A stretch of 64,000 nt of DNA from an uncultured bacterium. GTDB taxonomy: Bacteria; Babelota; Babeliae; Babelales; Vermiphilaceae. Shown here piece after piece: positions 9,370 to 18,810 of the stretch; position 1 is the first letter of the stretch, and each line of letters opens with the position of its first letter. A program made the translations under genes and the position numbers. The stretch is from contig OY969699.1 of assembly GCA_963702025.1 (NCBI GenBank), positions 1,152,001 through 1,216,000 on the forward strand. The letters run 5' to 3'. Under the pieces are notes generated by a model. The model saw only the letters and a program-made list of their open reading frames with translations. It was not told where the DNA came from and did not search any database.

Positions 9370-10173
9370 GTGTTCAATAAAATTCTTTTTATTTCAACAC
9401 TCTGCGCGTTGAGCAATCTCACCGCAACGGTCTATTTTCCCCAGGGCATGACAGCCGCGCACGTGCAAAAATCTCATGATGTTCAACTATTCTTGGATAT
9501 TCACCACGTATTGGCCAAAGAAGATAGTGGCGCACGTTTAGGAGCTATCGTGGGCAATATTTTTGACATCGCCTGGACAAAAATGACCGGCGATAAAGTC
9601 TGGAAAGAGATTAACAAATTACCAAAAGATCAAGATATTTCCGGCGAAGCACGCTATCTGATAGCGCTCAAACATGGCAACCATGATTTGGCAGAATGCA
9701 TTCGTGATGCGGCAAATGCTTATACACCACGCAAAGGCATGGAACAATTAGTTCGTGAGATTAAGGCTGCCGGCATCACGCAACGGCTCGCCTCAAATAT
9801 TGGTCCACGCTTTTTGGCAAACCTTGACGCAAAATTTAAAAAGAAACACCAATGCATGATTTTTGACATTATCAAACCGGGCAAAATTGTTGATTACAGC
9901 AAATATGGCAATCTATCATTGCCTACAAATATAAATCCGCTGCATCTGAGCCCTGTGACTAAATCGAATCCGGCATTCTATGACCTGTTAAAATCAACCT
10001 ACGCCAAAAACAAAAATTCAGTATTCATCTTAGTTGATGATAATCTGGATAACATTAAAAAAGCGCAGAGCAAAGGAATAATCGGAATTCATTTTGATTT
10101 TTCAAAGAAAAAATGCGTAGAAAAATTACGGGCGGAATTGATGGCGCTCGGTATTTTTAATTACAAAAAATGA
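9370..10173 (+). CDS. Secreted HAD-like hydrolase paralog 1
   Basis: Probable GTG start; signal peptide; FLDIHHVL (motif I), ASN (motif II), VDDNLDN (motif IV), GIIGIHF. Confidence 0.7.
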   Translation: MFNKILFISTLCALSNLTATVYFPQGMTAAHVQKSHDVQLFLDIHHVLAKEDSGARLGAIVGNIFDIAWTKMTGDKVWKEINKLPKDQDISGEARYLIALKHGNHDLAECIRDAANAYTPRKGMEQLVREIKAAGITQRLASNIGPRFLANLDAKFKKKHQCMIFDIIKPGKIVDYSKYGNLSLPTNINPLHLSPVTKSNPAFYDLLKSTYAKNKNSVFILVDDNLDNIKKAQSKGIIGIHFDFSKKKCVEKLRAELMALGIFNYKK

Positions 10174-10235
10174 AGAGGTGGGTTTATTTGAAACATTTTT
10201 AAAGAAATCAAACATATATAGAGGAGTATATTCAT

Positions 10236-11084
10236 ATGTTGAGATCGCAATCACTTTTATTTTCATTCCTAGTTAGTTGTTTGCCAGCAGGATCAGCACT
10301 GGCCAATCAGACTATTTTCTTTCCGGAAAATATGAAACCTGAGCACGTGCAAGCAGCGCCAAAAGAATTGGCATACAACGTATATAACACATTATATGTC
10401 CGCGAACATGGCAAAGCACTGCTCTACAGCCTTGCCTGCGCGAGACATCCCTTAATCACTGCATCATTACTTGGCCGTCTTGGTTACGGTTATACCACTG
10501 GAACCCAAAACTCAATTCGCACTGCACTCGATGGCATGAAGGATTTACCAAAATTCACTGCCGCAGAAGGATATTTACAATGGTTTAAATCATGCGGCGA
10601 ATTCGGCCTAGCAAAAATTGCACAAGAAGTTGCCGTTGCCTGCAAACCAGTTCCTGGCATGAGCACTCTAACTTCTGAAATTGCTAAAGAAGGTATCGCG
10701 CAACGAATCGCTACTAATAATAGCCTTCGTATTCAACAAGCAATTGAACAACGCCTGCAAGATCGGTATAGCGATGTAACGTTTGCTCCGATAACCATCG
10801 GCAAAACGGTCGATTATTCTGCACACGGCCCTGAAAAAGATGTTGCTACTAACCCAAAGCTGGTAACAACGTTCCGTAAGCCAAAAAAAGGATATTTTGA
10901 TGCTTACAATCAAGCACACAATCCTGATAACAGCAAAATCATCATCTATATTTCCGAATCGCCTGAAATTATTAACAAAGCGGTAAAGAATGGTTGGGTG
11001 GGCATTTATTTTGATGCAAGCAAACCTGAATGTTCAATTGAACAGCTTCGAGCTGATTTAGTAAAACTTGGTGTTTTGAAATAA
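10236..11084 (+). CDS. Secreted HAD-like paralog 2, catalytic motifs degenerate
   Basis: Colinear with its neighbours (FFPENM, KPVPGM, GIAQRIATN, GKTVDYS, GWVGIYFD), but motif I reads YNVYNTL and motif IV reads ISESPE. Confidence 0.7.
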   Translation: MLRSQSLLFSFLVSCLPAGSALANQTIFFPENMKPEHVQAAPKELAYNVYNTLYVREHGKALLYSLACARHPLITASLLGRLGYGYTTGTQNSIRTALDGMKDLPKFTAAEGYLQWFKSCGEFGLAKIAQEVAVACKPVPGMSTLTSEIAKEGIAQRIATNNSLRIQQAIEQRLQDRYSDVTFAPITIGKTVDYSAHGPEKDVATNPKLVTTFRKPKKGYFDAYNQAHNPDNSKIIIYISESPEIINKAVKNGWVGIYFDASKPECSIEQLRADLVKLGVLK

Positions 11085-11147
11085 TACCAGTTGTTAAATA
11101 GTAATCCCGGCTCTTTTTTAAGGGCCGGGTATTTAAGAGGAAAAATA

Positions 11148-12020
11148 ATGTTTAAAAAATCATTACTCTTAATTACCATCTTAACTCTGACTCTTACGAA
11201 TCTTTCTGCAGTTGTCTATTATCCCAAAGATATGGATGCACAAGAAGTGAGAACAGCACAAAAAGATATTGCATGGGATATTCATAACGTCTTGGCACAA
11301 AAAGAATCAAGCAGACTGGGCAAAACATTTGCTGAAGTAAAAAAATATGCATGCACATTCACCCATGCGCCATTGTCAGTGTTAACCAATGCCAGTTCAT
11401 ATTTCTGGGCAACAATGTGGGGCACCCAAAATGCGGTCACCAGTGCCATGACTGATATGAAAAATCTGCCAAAATCGGTGGATTCATCCGGCGAAGCATA
11501 CTCAACTATTTGCCGCAAACACCAATTATTTGGCCTCGCCGCATTCATTGAGCAGGTCTCAAATGCGTATAAACCGCGCCCAGGCATGACAGAATTAGTA
11601 AAACAGTTACATGAAAAAGGCATCACGCAACGCCTTGCATCAAACATTGGACCACGATTGTTGACATTGCTGGATCATAAACTCACGCAAGAATATAATT
11701 GCGATATGTTCAAGTATATTCAAATGGGTAAGATTGTTGATTATAGCAAATACGGCAACCCTGAAAGCACGCCCCTTCTTGATGCTAGCTATATGGCAAC
11801 TACCGGTAAACCAGAGCTCGAATTCTATACTCAATTTAATGAGACTTACCCATTACCACAAGGCACATACCGAATTTTTATTGATGATAAAATGGAAAAT
11901 ATCAACGCAGCACTGAGCGCAGGATGGGTTGGCATTCACTTTGATATCACCAATAAAAATGTTGATCCTGTTGCAGAATTAATAAAAGATTTAGCAACAG
12001 TTGGTATAATACTGCGATAA
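11148..12020 (+). CDS. Secreted HAD-like hydrolase paralog 3
   Basis: GAGG RBS; WDIHNVL, ASN, GKP (motif III Lys), FIDDKMEN, GWVGIHFD. Confidence 0.72.
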   Translation: MFKKSLLLITILTLTLTNLSAVVYYPKDMDAQEVRTAQKDIAWDIHNVLAQKESSRLGKTFAEVKKYACTFTHAPLSVLTNASSYFWATMWGTQNAVTSAMTDMKNLPKSVDSSGEAYSTICRKHQLFGLAAFIEQVSNAYKPRPGMTELVKQLHEKGITQRLASNIGPRLLTLLDHKLTQEYNCDMFKYIQMGKIVDYSKYGNPESTPLLDASYMATTGKPELEFYTQFNETYPLPQGTYRIFIDDKMENINAALSAGWVGIHFDITNKNVDPVAELIKDLATVGIILR

Positions 12021-12038
12021 TACAAAACCTTTTCCAAG

Positions 12039-12068
12039 TACCCGGCCCTCAAAGGCCGGGTATTCTTT
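12039..12068. terminator. Terminator hairpin between convergent genes
   Basis: TACCCGGCC-ctcaaa-GGCCGGGTA followed by a T-rich tract; a related CCCGGC/GCCGGG hairpin lies at about 11104-11132. Confidence 0.7.
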
Positions 12069-13261
12069 TACCTAATCGATTCATAGCCGCCAAGCATACC
12101 ATTTTTAGAAAGAACGATCTGCCACAATTGAATGCCCCGTGCTCTAAATAATGCGGCACAAGATAATAAATAATATTTCCACATGCGGTAGAATCGATCA
12201 CCATATTTTTTTTGCAACTCTGGCCAATGCTTTTCAAAATTAGCATCCCACGCCATTAAAGTTTTATCGTAATCAGCCCCAAAATTGTGCCAATCTTCCA
12301 TTACAAATAATCCTTCGATTGCAGTCCCTATTTGAGCGATAGAAGGAAGCATACCATTGGTGAAAATATATTTATTGATCCATTCATCGCCGGTGGTGTA
12401 AGAATAATTGCCCCCGATGGTATGCAAGAGCAGCAATCCATCATCTTTTAATGCGTGATGGCAAACCTGCATAAATGTTTGATAATTTTTATACCCAACA
12501 TGCTCAAACATGCCAACACTCACAATGCGATCAAATGTTTCATGTAAGTCGCGATAATCTTGTAACCGAATTTCTACCGGATAACCGGCGGCAATTTTTT
12601 GCGCATATGCTGCTTGTTCTTTTGAAACGGTAACGCCGACAACGTTCACCCCATAATTTTGCGCCGCATAAAGCGCCAACCCGCCCCAACCGCAGCCAAT
12701 ATCAAGCAATTTCATGCCCGGTTTTAATTGTAATTTTTTGCAAATCAATGCCAATTTATCTATTTGCGCCTGCTCGAGAGTTTGTGCTTTTTTCCAATAA
12801 CCGCATGAATAGACCATACGCGAATCGAGCATTGCTTTAAAAAGATCATCACCTAAATCATAATGTTGCTCACCAACTGCAAATGCACGGGATTTTGATT
12901 GCATATTGATCAACTTGGATTTGAGTACCGAAAGTATCGTATTCAAATTCTTGGGCGCTTTGTTAACCAGATCTGCACGAAACAGTTTGAAAAAAAATTG
13001 ATCCAATGCCGGGCTATCCCACCATGCGTCCATGTATGCTTCACCGAGCCCCAGCGATCCTTGACCCATTACCCGCGGGTATAAATCGGGGTTATGCACG
13101 GCAATATCCCACGAGCGGTCACCGTTGATAGTGATATCAGCTTTTGCCAAAAGATCCTTTGCCACCAGTGCCGGATCCGAGTGCATGATTTTTTGAATCC
13201 CAAAAAAAAGAAGAATAAAAAAAGCTAACAAACCAAGTAAAAGAACCAGTTTTCGTCTCAT
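12068..13261 (-). CDS. cfa: Cyclopropane-fatty-acyl-phospholipid synthase
   Basis: GSLGLGEAYM, HYDLG, YSCGYW, LLDIGCGWGG, SVGMFEHVG, RMWKYYL. Confidence 0.95.
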   Translation of the reverse strand: MRRKLVLLLGLLAFFILLFFGIQKIMHSDPALVAKDLLAKADITINGDRSWDIAVHNPDLYPRVMGQGSLGLGEAYMDAWWDSPALDQFFFKLFRADLVNKAPKNLNTILSVLKSKLINMQSKSRAFAVGEQHYDLGDDLFKAMLDSRMVYSCGYWKKAQTLEQAQIDKLALICKKLQLKPGMKLLDIGCGWGGLALYAAQNYGVNVVGVTVSKEQAAYAQKIAAGYPVEIRLQDYRDLHETFDRIVSVGMFEHVGYKNYQTFMQVCHHALKDDGLLLLHTIGGNYSYTTGDEWINKYIFTNGMLPSIAQIGTAIEGLFVMEDWHNFGADYDKTLMAWDANFEKHWPELQKKYGDRFYRMWKYYLLSCAALFRARGIQLWQIVLSKNGMLGGYESIR

Positions 13262-13398
13262 TTGTTTTGCCCCCAAAGAGAACGCGATATATATACTCAG
13301 TATTGAAAAGAAAGAGCCGGAAAGTAAATAGAATTGCTCTTTTTATGATATTCCGTATAATTACACGTAGTTATTTCAATTCTATTTACGGAGACACC

Positions 13399-13821
13399 AT
13401 GACATTAATAAAAAACAAACTCCACACAATGCTTATTTCAGCATTCCTGACCACATCTCTTACCGGACAAAAAATGTATGCCAATGACCCTCGTGTAATA
13501 GGTACCGTAGCTATAGGCATTGTGATTGCTTCAGGTGGCGTTTATGAATTGCTTAAAGAGAAAAGTAGACCATTTAAAGGCTTGGTATTACTTGGCTTAG
13601 GCACCACAATTGCCGTTAATAGCAATGCTATTTGCAGAGGAGAAATTTCTAAAAACCTTCTTACTGGCGGATCAAATATCATCGATCGTATTTCCATTCG
13701 TTGTGGGGGACAACCACTTGGTATCGGTGCCTATGCCGCCGAAGGATGGAGTGAGTTTTCAGGTGGAGTACGTCAAGGATTCAATCAAGCTTTGACTGCA
13801 ATTAAAAGAAAATTAAGTTAA
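13399..13821 (+). CDS. Hypothetical membrane protein
   Basis: GGAG RBS before MTLIKNK; hydrophobic segments. Confidence 0.65.
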   Translation: MTLIKNKLHTMLISAFLTTSLTGQKMYANDPRVIGTVAIGIVIASGGVYELLKEKSRPFKGLVLLGLGTTIAVNSNAICRGEISKNLLTGGSNIIDRISIRCGGQPLGIGAYAAEGWSEFSGGVRQGFNQALTAIKRKLS

Positions 13822-13853
13822 TAAATACATTCTTTTTAACAACTGGATTTTTT

Positions 13854-14231
13854 ATGAAAAAGCAATCACTCTCATTATTTATTGTTCTGATATCAAGCGG
13901 CGTACAGATTACCGCAGCTGATCATCACCATAAACCGCATCATGAAGAAATAAATATTAATATCAATGGCACTGAACAATGCCCGGCACAAGAAAGAAAT
14001 GTTTGGGCTAAAATTGGAGCAATGGGCGTTCAAATTGCTGAAAAACGGTCGGGCTACATTTCATTTGCAACGGGTCTTGGCTACCTTTATCTCGCTCGTG
14101 ACAACTTTAATAATGACAAAAAAGCACTGATTACTATTGCAAAAGGTTTAGGAATCTGGTTTTTTGTTGGTGCGGGACTCAATACTGGAATGAAAGCAAT
14201 TATGTCCCAATGGAATATCCCTAAACTCTAG
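13854..14231 (+). CDS. Hypothetical membrane protein with His-rich segment
   Basis: Signal peptide, DHHHKPHHE, two hydrophobic segments. Confidence 0.65.
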   Translation: MKKQSLSLFIVLISSGVQITAADHHHKPHHEEINININGTEQCPAQERNVWAKIGAMGVQIAEKRSGYISFATGLGYLYLARDNFNNDKKALITIAKGLGIWFFVGAGLNTGMKAIMSQWNIPKL

Positions 14232-14255
14232 AGCTCAACCCGAAAAAACCTCTTC

Positions 14256-14283
14256 TTGACATAATTTCTAGCCCTGATAGAAT
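14256..14283 (+). promoter_or_regulatory. Sigma70-type promoter
   Basis: TTGACA-16 bp-TAGAAT with an extended TG, upstream of the ORF at 14328. Confidence 0.6.
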
Positions 14284-14327
14284 TAATTACAGATAGAAAA
14301 TATTAAAAAGAGAAAAATGGAGGTTAT

Positions 14328-15239
14328 ATGAAATTTAATAGTTATTCAAAGCAGATTTTAGGGTTATTTTTAGCATTGGGAGCTTTAAGCTGTTTAGCTC
14401 TTTATAATGCAGTATCATTCAAAAATGAGCCAAAATTGGCCATTTTTGACCCTAAAGCTGAGGCCAGTCCCAAACAGACAGTCCAAGAGATTGCTGCTTC
14501 GGGTTCAGATGTGGCTCAAACCTTACAAAAACAGCTTACGCAAGAGCAAAATGCTAATCGCAAGGCCCTTCAAGAGGCCTTTCCTTTACCTGACAATCAA
14601 TGGCGAGATTTAGCCCTGGAATTCGCCGATTTTATGGCCAAAGATGATCTTTTTAGCAGCAAACCTGCTAAAAGTAAGCCTGAAGAAGGTAAGCATAAAC
14701 TTGTTACCAAAATAGAAGAATTATTAATCAGTTATGGCATGAATCCTGAGCGAGTGGTGATTAATTGTAGCCAAGAGCCAACCAGCTTTATCTGCACTAA
14801 TCAAAGCGTTAACGGTGATTTGAAAATTGTACACTATTTTGAAGTCAACCTCTCTAAATTAGAGAAATTCCCTGCTGCCATTCAAGAAACCTTAATTCGC
14901 CATGAACTCATGCATCTCTTTAATTATGACTCACTTGATCTGGCATTGATCCAAGCATTGTTTACTAAAAATAATATTTTGCCCGAAAACTATTGCAATC
15001 ACCCAGCATATGCAGCATTTAACAGACATCAGGAATACCGCGCAGATTTAATGGCCGCCGGCAATGATATTGGGCGCGCACAGACGTTTATGAAAGATTT
15101 TCAGCGCTATATAGATGCATTCCCGGAAGATCAAGAAAATCCAACTCATGTTACTCATCCAACCGAAAAACAACGCCATGCAGTAATGTCACAATTGGCA
15201 AGTTATTTATCGATTGAAAAAGAGATTGCTTCAGCTTAA
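14328..15239 (+). CDS. Exported zinc metalloprotease, M48-like
   Basis: N-terminal TM/signal; HELMH (HExxH), QEYRAD (third ligand) and THP motif. Confidence 0.8.
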   Translation: MKFNSYSKQILGLFLALGALSCLALYNAVSFKNEPKLAIFDPKAEASPKQTVQEIAASGSDVAQTLQKQLTQEQNANRKALQEAFPLPDNQWRDLALEFADFMAKDDLFSSKPAKSKPEEGKHKLVTKIEELLISYGMNPERVVINCSQEPTSFICTNQSVNGDLKIVHYFEVNLSKLEKFPAAIQETLIRHELMHLFNYDSLDLALIQALFTKNNILPENYCNHPAYAAFNRHQEYRADLMAAGNDIGRAQTFMKDFQRYIDAFPEDQENPTHVTHPTEKQRHAVMSQLASYLSIEKEIASA

Positions 15240-17786
15240 TTCTTTAATCTTCCACAAGAGATCAAAAGCCGCTTTGGGCGATAGGTTATCATAATCTATC
15301 CGCTGCAAGGCGGCTAATTTGTTTTTGTGCAAAAGTAGCTCTTGTTCAAGAGCTATAAGATTTTCATCCGCGCGAACTGCGCCCTGCACCACATGAGCAT
15401 GTGATTGCAAATCGGCGAGCAATTGCTGCGCGCGGCTAATCACTGCCGGCGGTAATTGAGCGAGTTTGGCAACTTCAACGCCAAAACTTCCTTGCGCAAT
15501 GCCCGGCATAATCTTATGTAAAAATTGAATGCCGTGTGCTGTTTTAGTGCTAGCCGCATGATAATTGGCAATGCCGGACAGCGTTGCAGCCAGCTGCGTT
15601 AATTCTTGATAATGGGTTGCAAATAAGCAACGAGCTTTAATTGCCGCGTGAATATATTCAATTACTGCTTGGGCAATAGCCAAACCATCATAGGTACTTG
15701 TTCCTCTGCCCACTTCATCCAAAATCACCAAGCTATTTGCCGTTGCTTGTGTACAAATTGCCGCGGTTTCTTCCATCTCGACCAAAAAGGTACTTTTGCC
15801 TTGCGCCAAATTATCGCCTGCGCCAATGCGCGTAAAAATTCTATCAAGAATCGGTAGATTCGCGTGGCGCGCGGGCACAAAGCAGCCAATTTGGGCCATA
15901 ATATGCATTAATGCCACTTGCCGCAAATAGGTTGATTTTCCCCCCATATTGGGTCCGGTTATGATCCATGTGGCATGCGCATCATCGAGCAACGTATCAT
16001 TCGGGATAAATGCATGCCCCACCACTCTTTCAACAATCGGGTGGCGACCCTCTTGAATGGTAATTGCGCGCTCTTGATTAAAAATAGGCTTAACATAATT
16101 ATGCCCATACGCAATGCGGGAGAATCCAAACAATGCATCAAGGTTGGCAAGCGCGTGGGCAAGTTTACGCAAGGCGCCCGTTTGCGCATGAACCTCTTTT
16201 TTTATATTTTCAAAGATGGCTTTCTCGGCAAGTGCCGTCTGGCTATGCGCACGCATAATTTCTTGTTGCAATTCTTGCAGTTCCGGTGTCATATACCGTT
16301 CACGGCCCACGAGTGTTTGCTGACGCCGGTAGCGTTGCGGAATTGCATCAGCATGTGTTTTGGTAACTTCAATATAATAGCCGCTAATATTGTTGTATCG
16401 AATCTTTAATGAATTAATACCAGTTAATTTTTGCTCATGTGCCTCCAGCGCCATAATTTTTTGGGTACCCGTAAGACTCAATTCACGCAAATAATCTAAT
16501 TCTTGATCAAAGCCGGCTTTAATGATCCATTCTTTTGTTTGATCATCATTGAGCGATGCATTGAGCAATTGATAAAGCGTCTCAAAACCGGTGAGAGTCT
16601 GGGCCATGGCGCGCAAGAGCACTGCATCAGGCAAAGAAATAATAACGGTAAAAATTTTTGGCAAAAGTTCAAGAATATTCTTAAGATGCACATAATCATA
16701 CGTTGGCGCGCGGCCAAGCGCAATGCGCCCGACTATCCGCTCAGCATCTCCCAGTTGGCTGAGTAATTGTTCCAATTGCTGTATGGCAACGGTATTGTTT
16801 GAAAAATGCTCAACAATCTGCTGGCGCTGTTCAATGGCGGATTTTTTGATTAAGGGGCGCAACAGCCATTTTTTAATCATGCGTGAACCCATCGGAGTCA
16901 ACGCACCATCAACTGTTTCAAACAATGTATGTTTTCGACTGCCATCATTATTGTGAACAAGTTCTAAATTCTTTTGTGTTGCCGCGTCTAAGATTAAAAA
17001 ATCATCAGGCTCATACCAATGAAGTGTTTTAAATTGCTCTACAGCCGTTTGTTGCGTTTGGCGTAAATAGTTATAAAAATGTGCAACGGCTAATCGCAGT
17101 GATTCTTGAGAATCGATTTGTTTGGCCGACTGAGTGAGTTGCGCGTTCATCCAGGCATCAAAATCTGGATTTTCCGGACCTTCAACCACTGTAGTGGTGT
17201 AGCCAAGCTTTTTAAAATAGGATTCGTATGATTTTATTTTTTTATCGCTGGGGAGAATAATCTCATCGGGGAAAAAGCGAATGAGCTCTGATTCTAGTGC
17301 TTTTGGCGAATCGGCAGGAACCGTAGTTGCAAATAATTGCGCAGTCAAAAGTTCAGCAAATAATAATCCCCACTGCTCAGCACCGGGAAAAAAAGAAAAG
17401 AGATACGATGCATTTTTTTCATCGAGCAATCTTGAATCAGTTAAGGTGCCGGGCGTGAAAACTTGAGTTACCCCGCGCTCCACCACTTTGCCCGGTTTTG
17501 CCTCTTCAAGCTGATCGGCAAGCGCCACCTTAAATCCACCTTTGATCAACTTGGCCAAATAATGATCAAGAGCATGCACCGGAACACCGCACAGCGGAAT
17601 CGGCTCACCATTTACTTTGCCCCGTTTGGTGAGGGCAATACCAAGGAAGGCCGAAGCTTTGACCGCATCATCAAAAAATAGTTCATAAAAATCGCCGACT
17701 TGAAAAAATAACAGCGCATGCGGATACTGCTGCTTGATCGCATAGTATTGCTTCATTAACGGTGTTACATCGGCAGGAATTTGCAC
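15231..17786 (-). CDS. mutS: DNA mismatch repair protein MutS
   Basis: TPLMKQY, GDFYELF, TGPNMGGKSTYLRQ, STFLVEM, DEVGRGTST, FATHY. Confidence 0.98.
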   Translation of the reverse strand: MQIPADVTPLMKQYYAIKQQYPHALLFFQVGDFYELFFDDAVKASAFLGIALTKRGKVNGEPIPLCGVPVHALDHYLAKLIKGGFKVALADQLEEAKPGKVVERGVTQVFTPGTLTDSRLLDEKNASYLFSFFPGAEQWGLLFAELLTAQLFATTVPADSPKALESELIRFFPDEIILPSDKKIKSYESYFKKLGYTTTVVEGPENPDFDAWMNAQLTQSAKQIDSQESLRLAVAHFYNYLRQTQQTAVEQFKTLHWYEPDDFLILDAATQKNLELVHNNDGSRKHTLFETVDGALTPMGSRMIKKWLLRPLIKKSAIEQRQQIVEHFSNNTVAIQQLEQLLSQLGDAERIVGRIALGRAPTYDYVHLKNILELLPKIFTVIISLPDAVLLRAMAQTLTGFETLYQLLNASLNDDQTKEWIIKAGFDQELDYLRELSLTGTQKIMALEAHEQKLTGINSLKIRYNNISGYYIEVTKTHADAIPQRYRRQQTLVGRERYMTPELQELQQEIMRAHSQTALAEKAIFENIKKEVHAQTGALRKLAHALANLDALFGFSRIAYGHNYVKPIFNQERAITIQEGRHPIVERVVGHAFIPNDTLLDDAHATWIITGPNMGGKSTYLRQVALMHIMAQIGCFVPARHANLPILDRIFTRIGAGDNLAQGKSTFLVEMEETAAICTQATANSLVILDEVGRGTSTYDGLAIAQAVIEYIHAAIKARCLFATHYQELTQLAATLSGIANYHAASTKTAHGIQFLHKIMPGIAQGSFGVEVAKLAQLPPAVISRAQQLLADLQSHAHVVQGAVRADENLIALEQELLLHKNKLAALQRIDYDNLSPKAAFDLLWKIKELS

Positions 17787-17789
17787 TGT

Positions 17790-18734
17790 TTACTCAACTA
17801 CTAACACTTCTTTTTCAAAAAAGTGACACTCTTTGATTAGCGCGCTCAGATCAGACCTAAAATCATCAATCAGCGCAATTGCCTCTTTTTTCTTTTCTTC
17901 ATCGCGCATCAACTCATTAAATTTCGTAAAGAAACTGTTGGCAGCGTTAAAAAGATATCGCGGTTTGCTCTCCATGTTATTTGCTAATAACAGCTCTTGA
18001 TCCAATTGCTGATTATAATATGAAAGAAACGCGATAAATTCTTCAACATTACGCGCCAACGAAAGTAAAGATGGCTCAAGAGATGCATTATGATATTCTT
18101 CACTATATTCCAGCGGAAGATTTTTTATCGTCAACACAAGTACACTGCGACGCAATACTTCTAGATGATCAAGTATTGAATGGCGCGAGAAGAACCAGAT
18201 AAATGATGGAGTTGCCTCAACGTAATTTTTTATCTGGAGCGCCTTGGTTGAACCAACAGCAAGCACCGTTAAATAACCCATGTATTTAACACCATTCCAA
18301 AGCCAGGCAAGTCTGGTTGTTGGGGGATTGATGGAAAACATACTGCGAAGTTGTCCCATTTCTTGTTTGAGAAGAGCCACTTGATAAGCCATATCCGAAG
18401 GGTGTAAGTTATCAGGCATATCAATTTTTTTTGGCAGTATAAAATCAAGGAGACCAAATTGGTACAATCCAATGCCGATTAATGCAGCATTAATTGCAAA
18501 AGAACCATAGGATAATTTGTTCCGCAGCGCAAAATTTTTCTCATATTCTTGTATTAACGAAGTGATGCGTTCTTCGCTTAGTTGCATAACACCATTAGCA
18601 TCTTGCGTAATAGGCACGGGTAATGATACTTCTTGAGGGAACACAATGAGTTGCTTAGCAAGCGCAGGGCCTGAAATTGGTAAAGCGCCGAATGGCAATA
18701 GAGAGAATGAAAGTAAAAATATACTATTTTTCAT
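17790..18734 (-). CDS. Hypothetical membrane protein
   Basis: About 314-aa ORF with a signal peptide and two TM-like segments, directly upstream of mutS. Confidence 0.7.
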   Translation of the reverse strand: MKNSIFLLSFSLLPFGALPISGPALAKQLIVFPQEVSLPVPITQDANGVMQLSEERITSLIQEYEKNFALRNKLSYGSFAINAALIGIGLYQFGLLDFILPKKIDMPDNLHPSDMAYQVALLKQEMGQLRSMFSINPPTTRLAWLWNGVKYMGYLTVLAVGSTKALQIKNYVEATPSFIWFFSRHSILDHLEVLRRSVLVLTIKNLPLEYSEEYHNASLEPSLLSLARNVEEFIAFLSYYNQQLDQELLLANNMESKPRYLFNAANSFFTKFNELMRDEEKKKEAIALIDDFRSDLSALIKECHFFEKEVLVVE

Positions 18735-18810
18735 GGTAAACACGTTTGTAAATTAAGAGGGTTAATTCGATCTGGATATAGTTCTATGTTACACAATCCG
18801 TGAAAAAACT

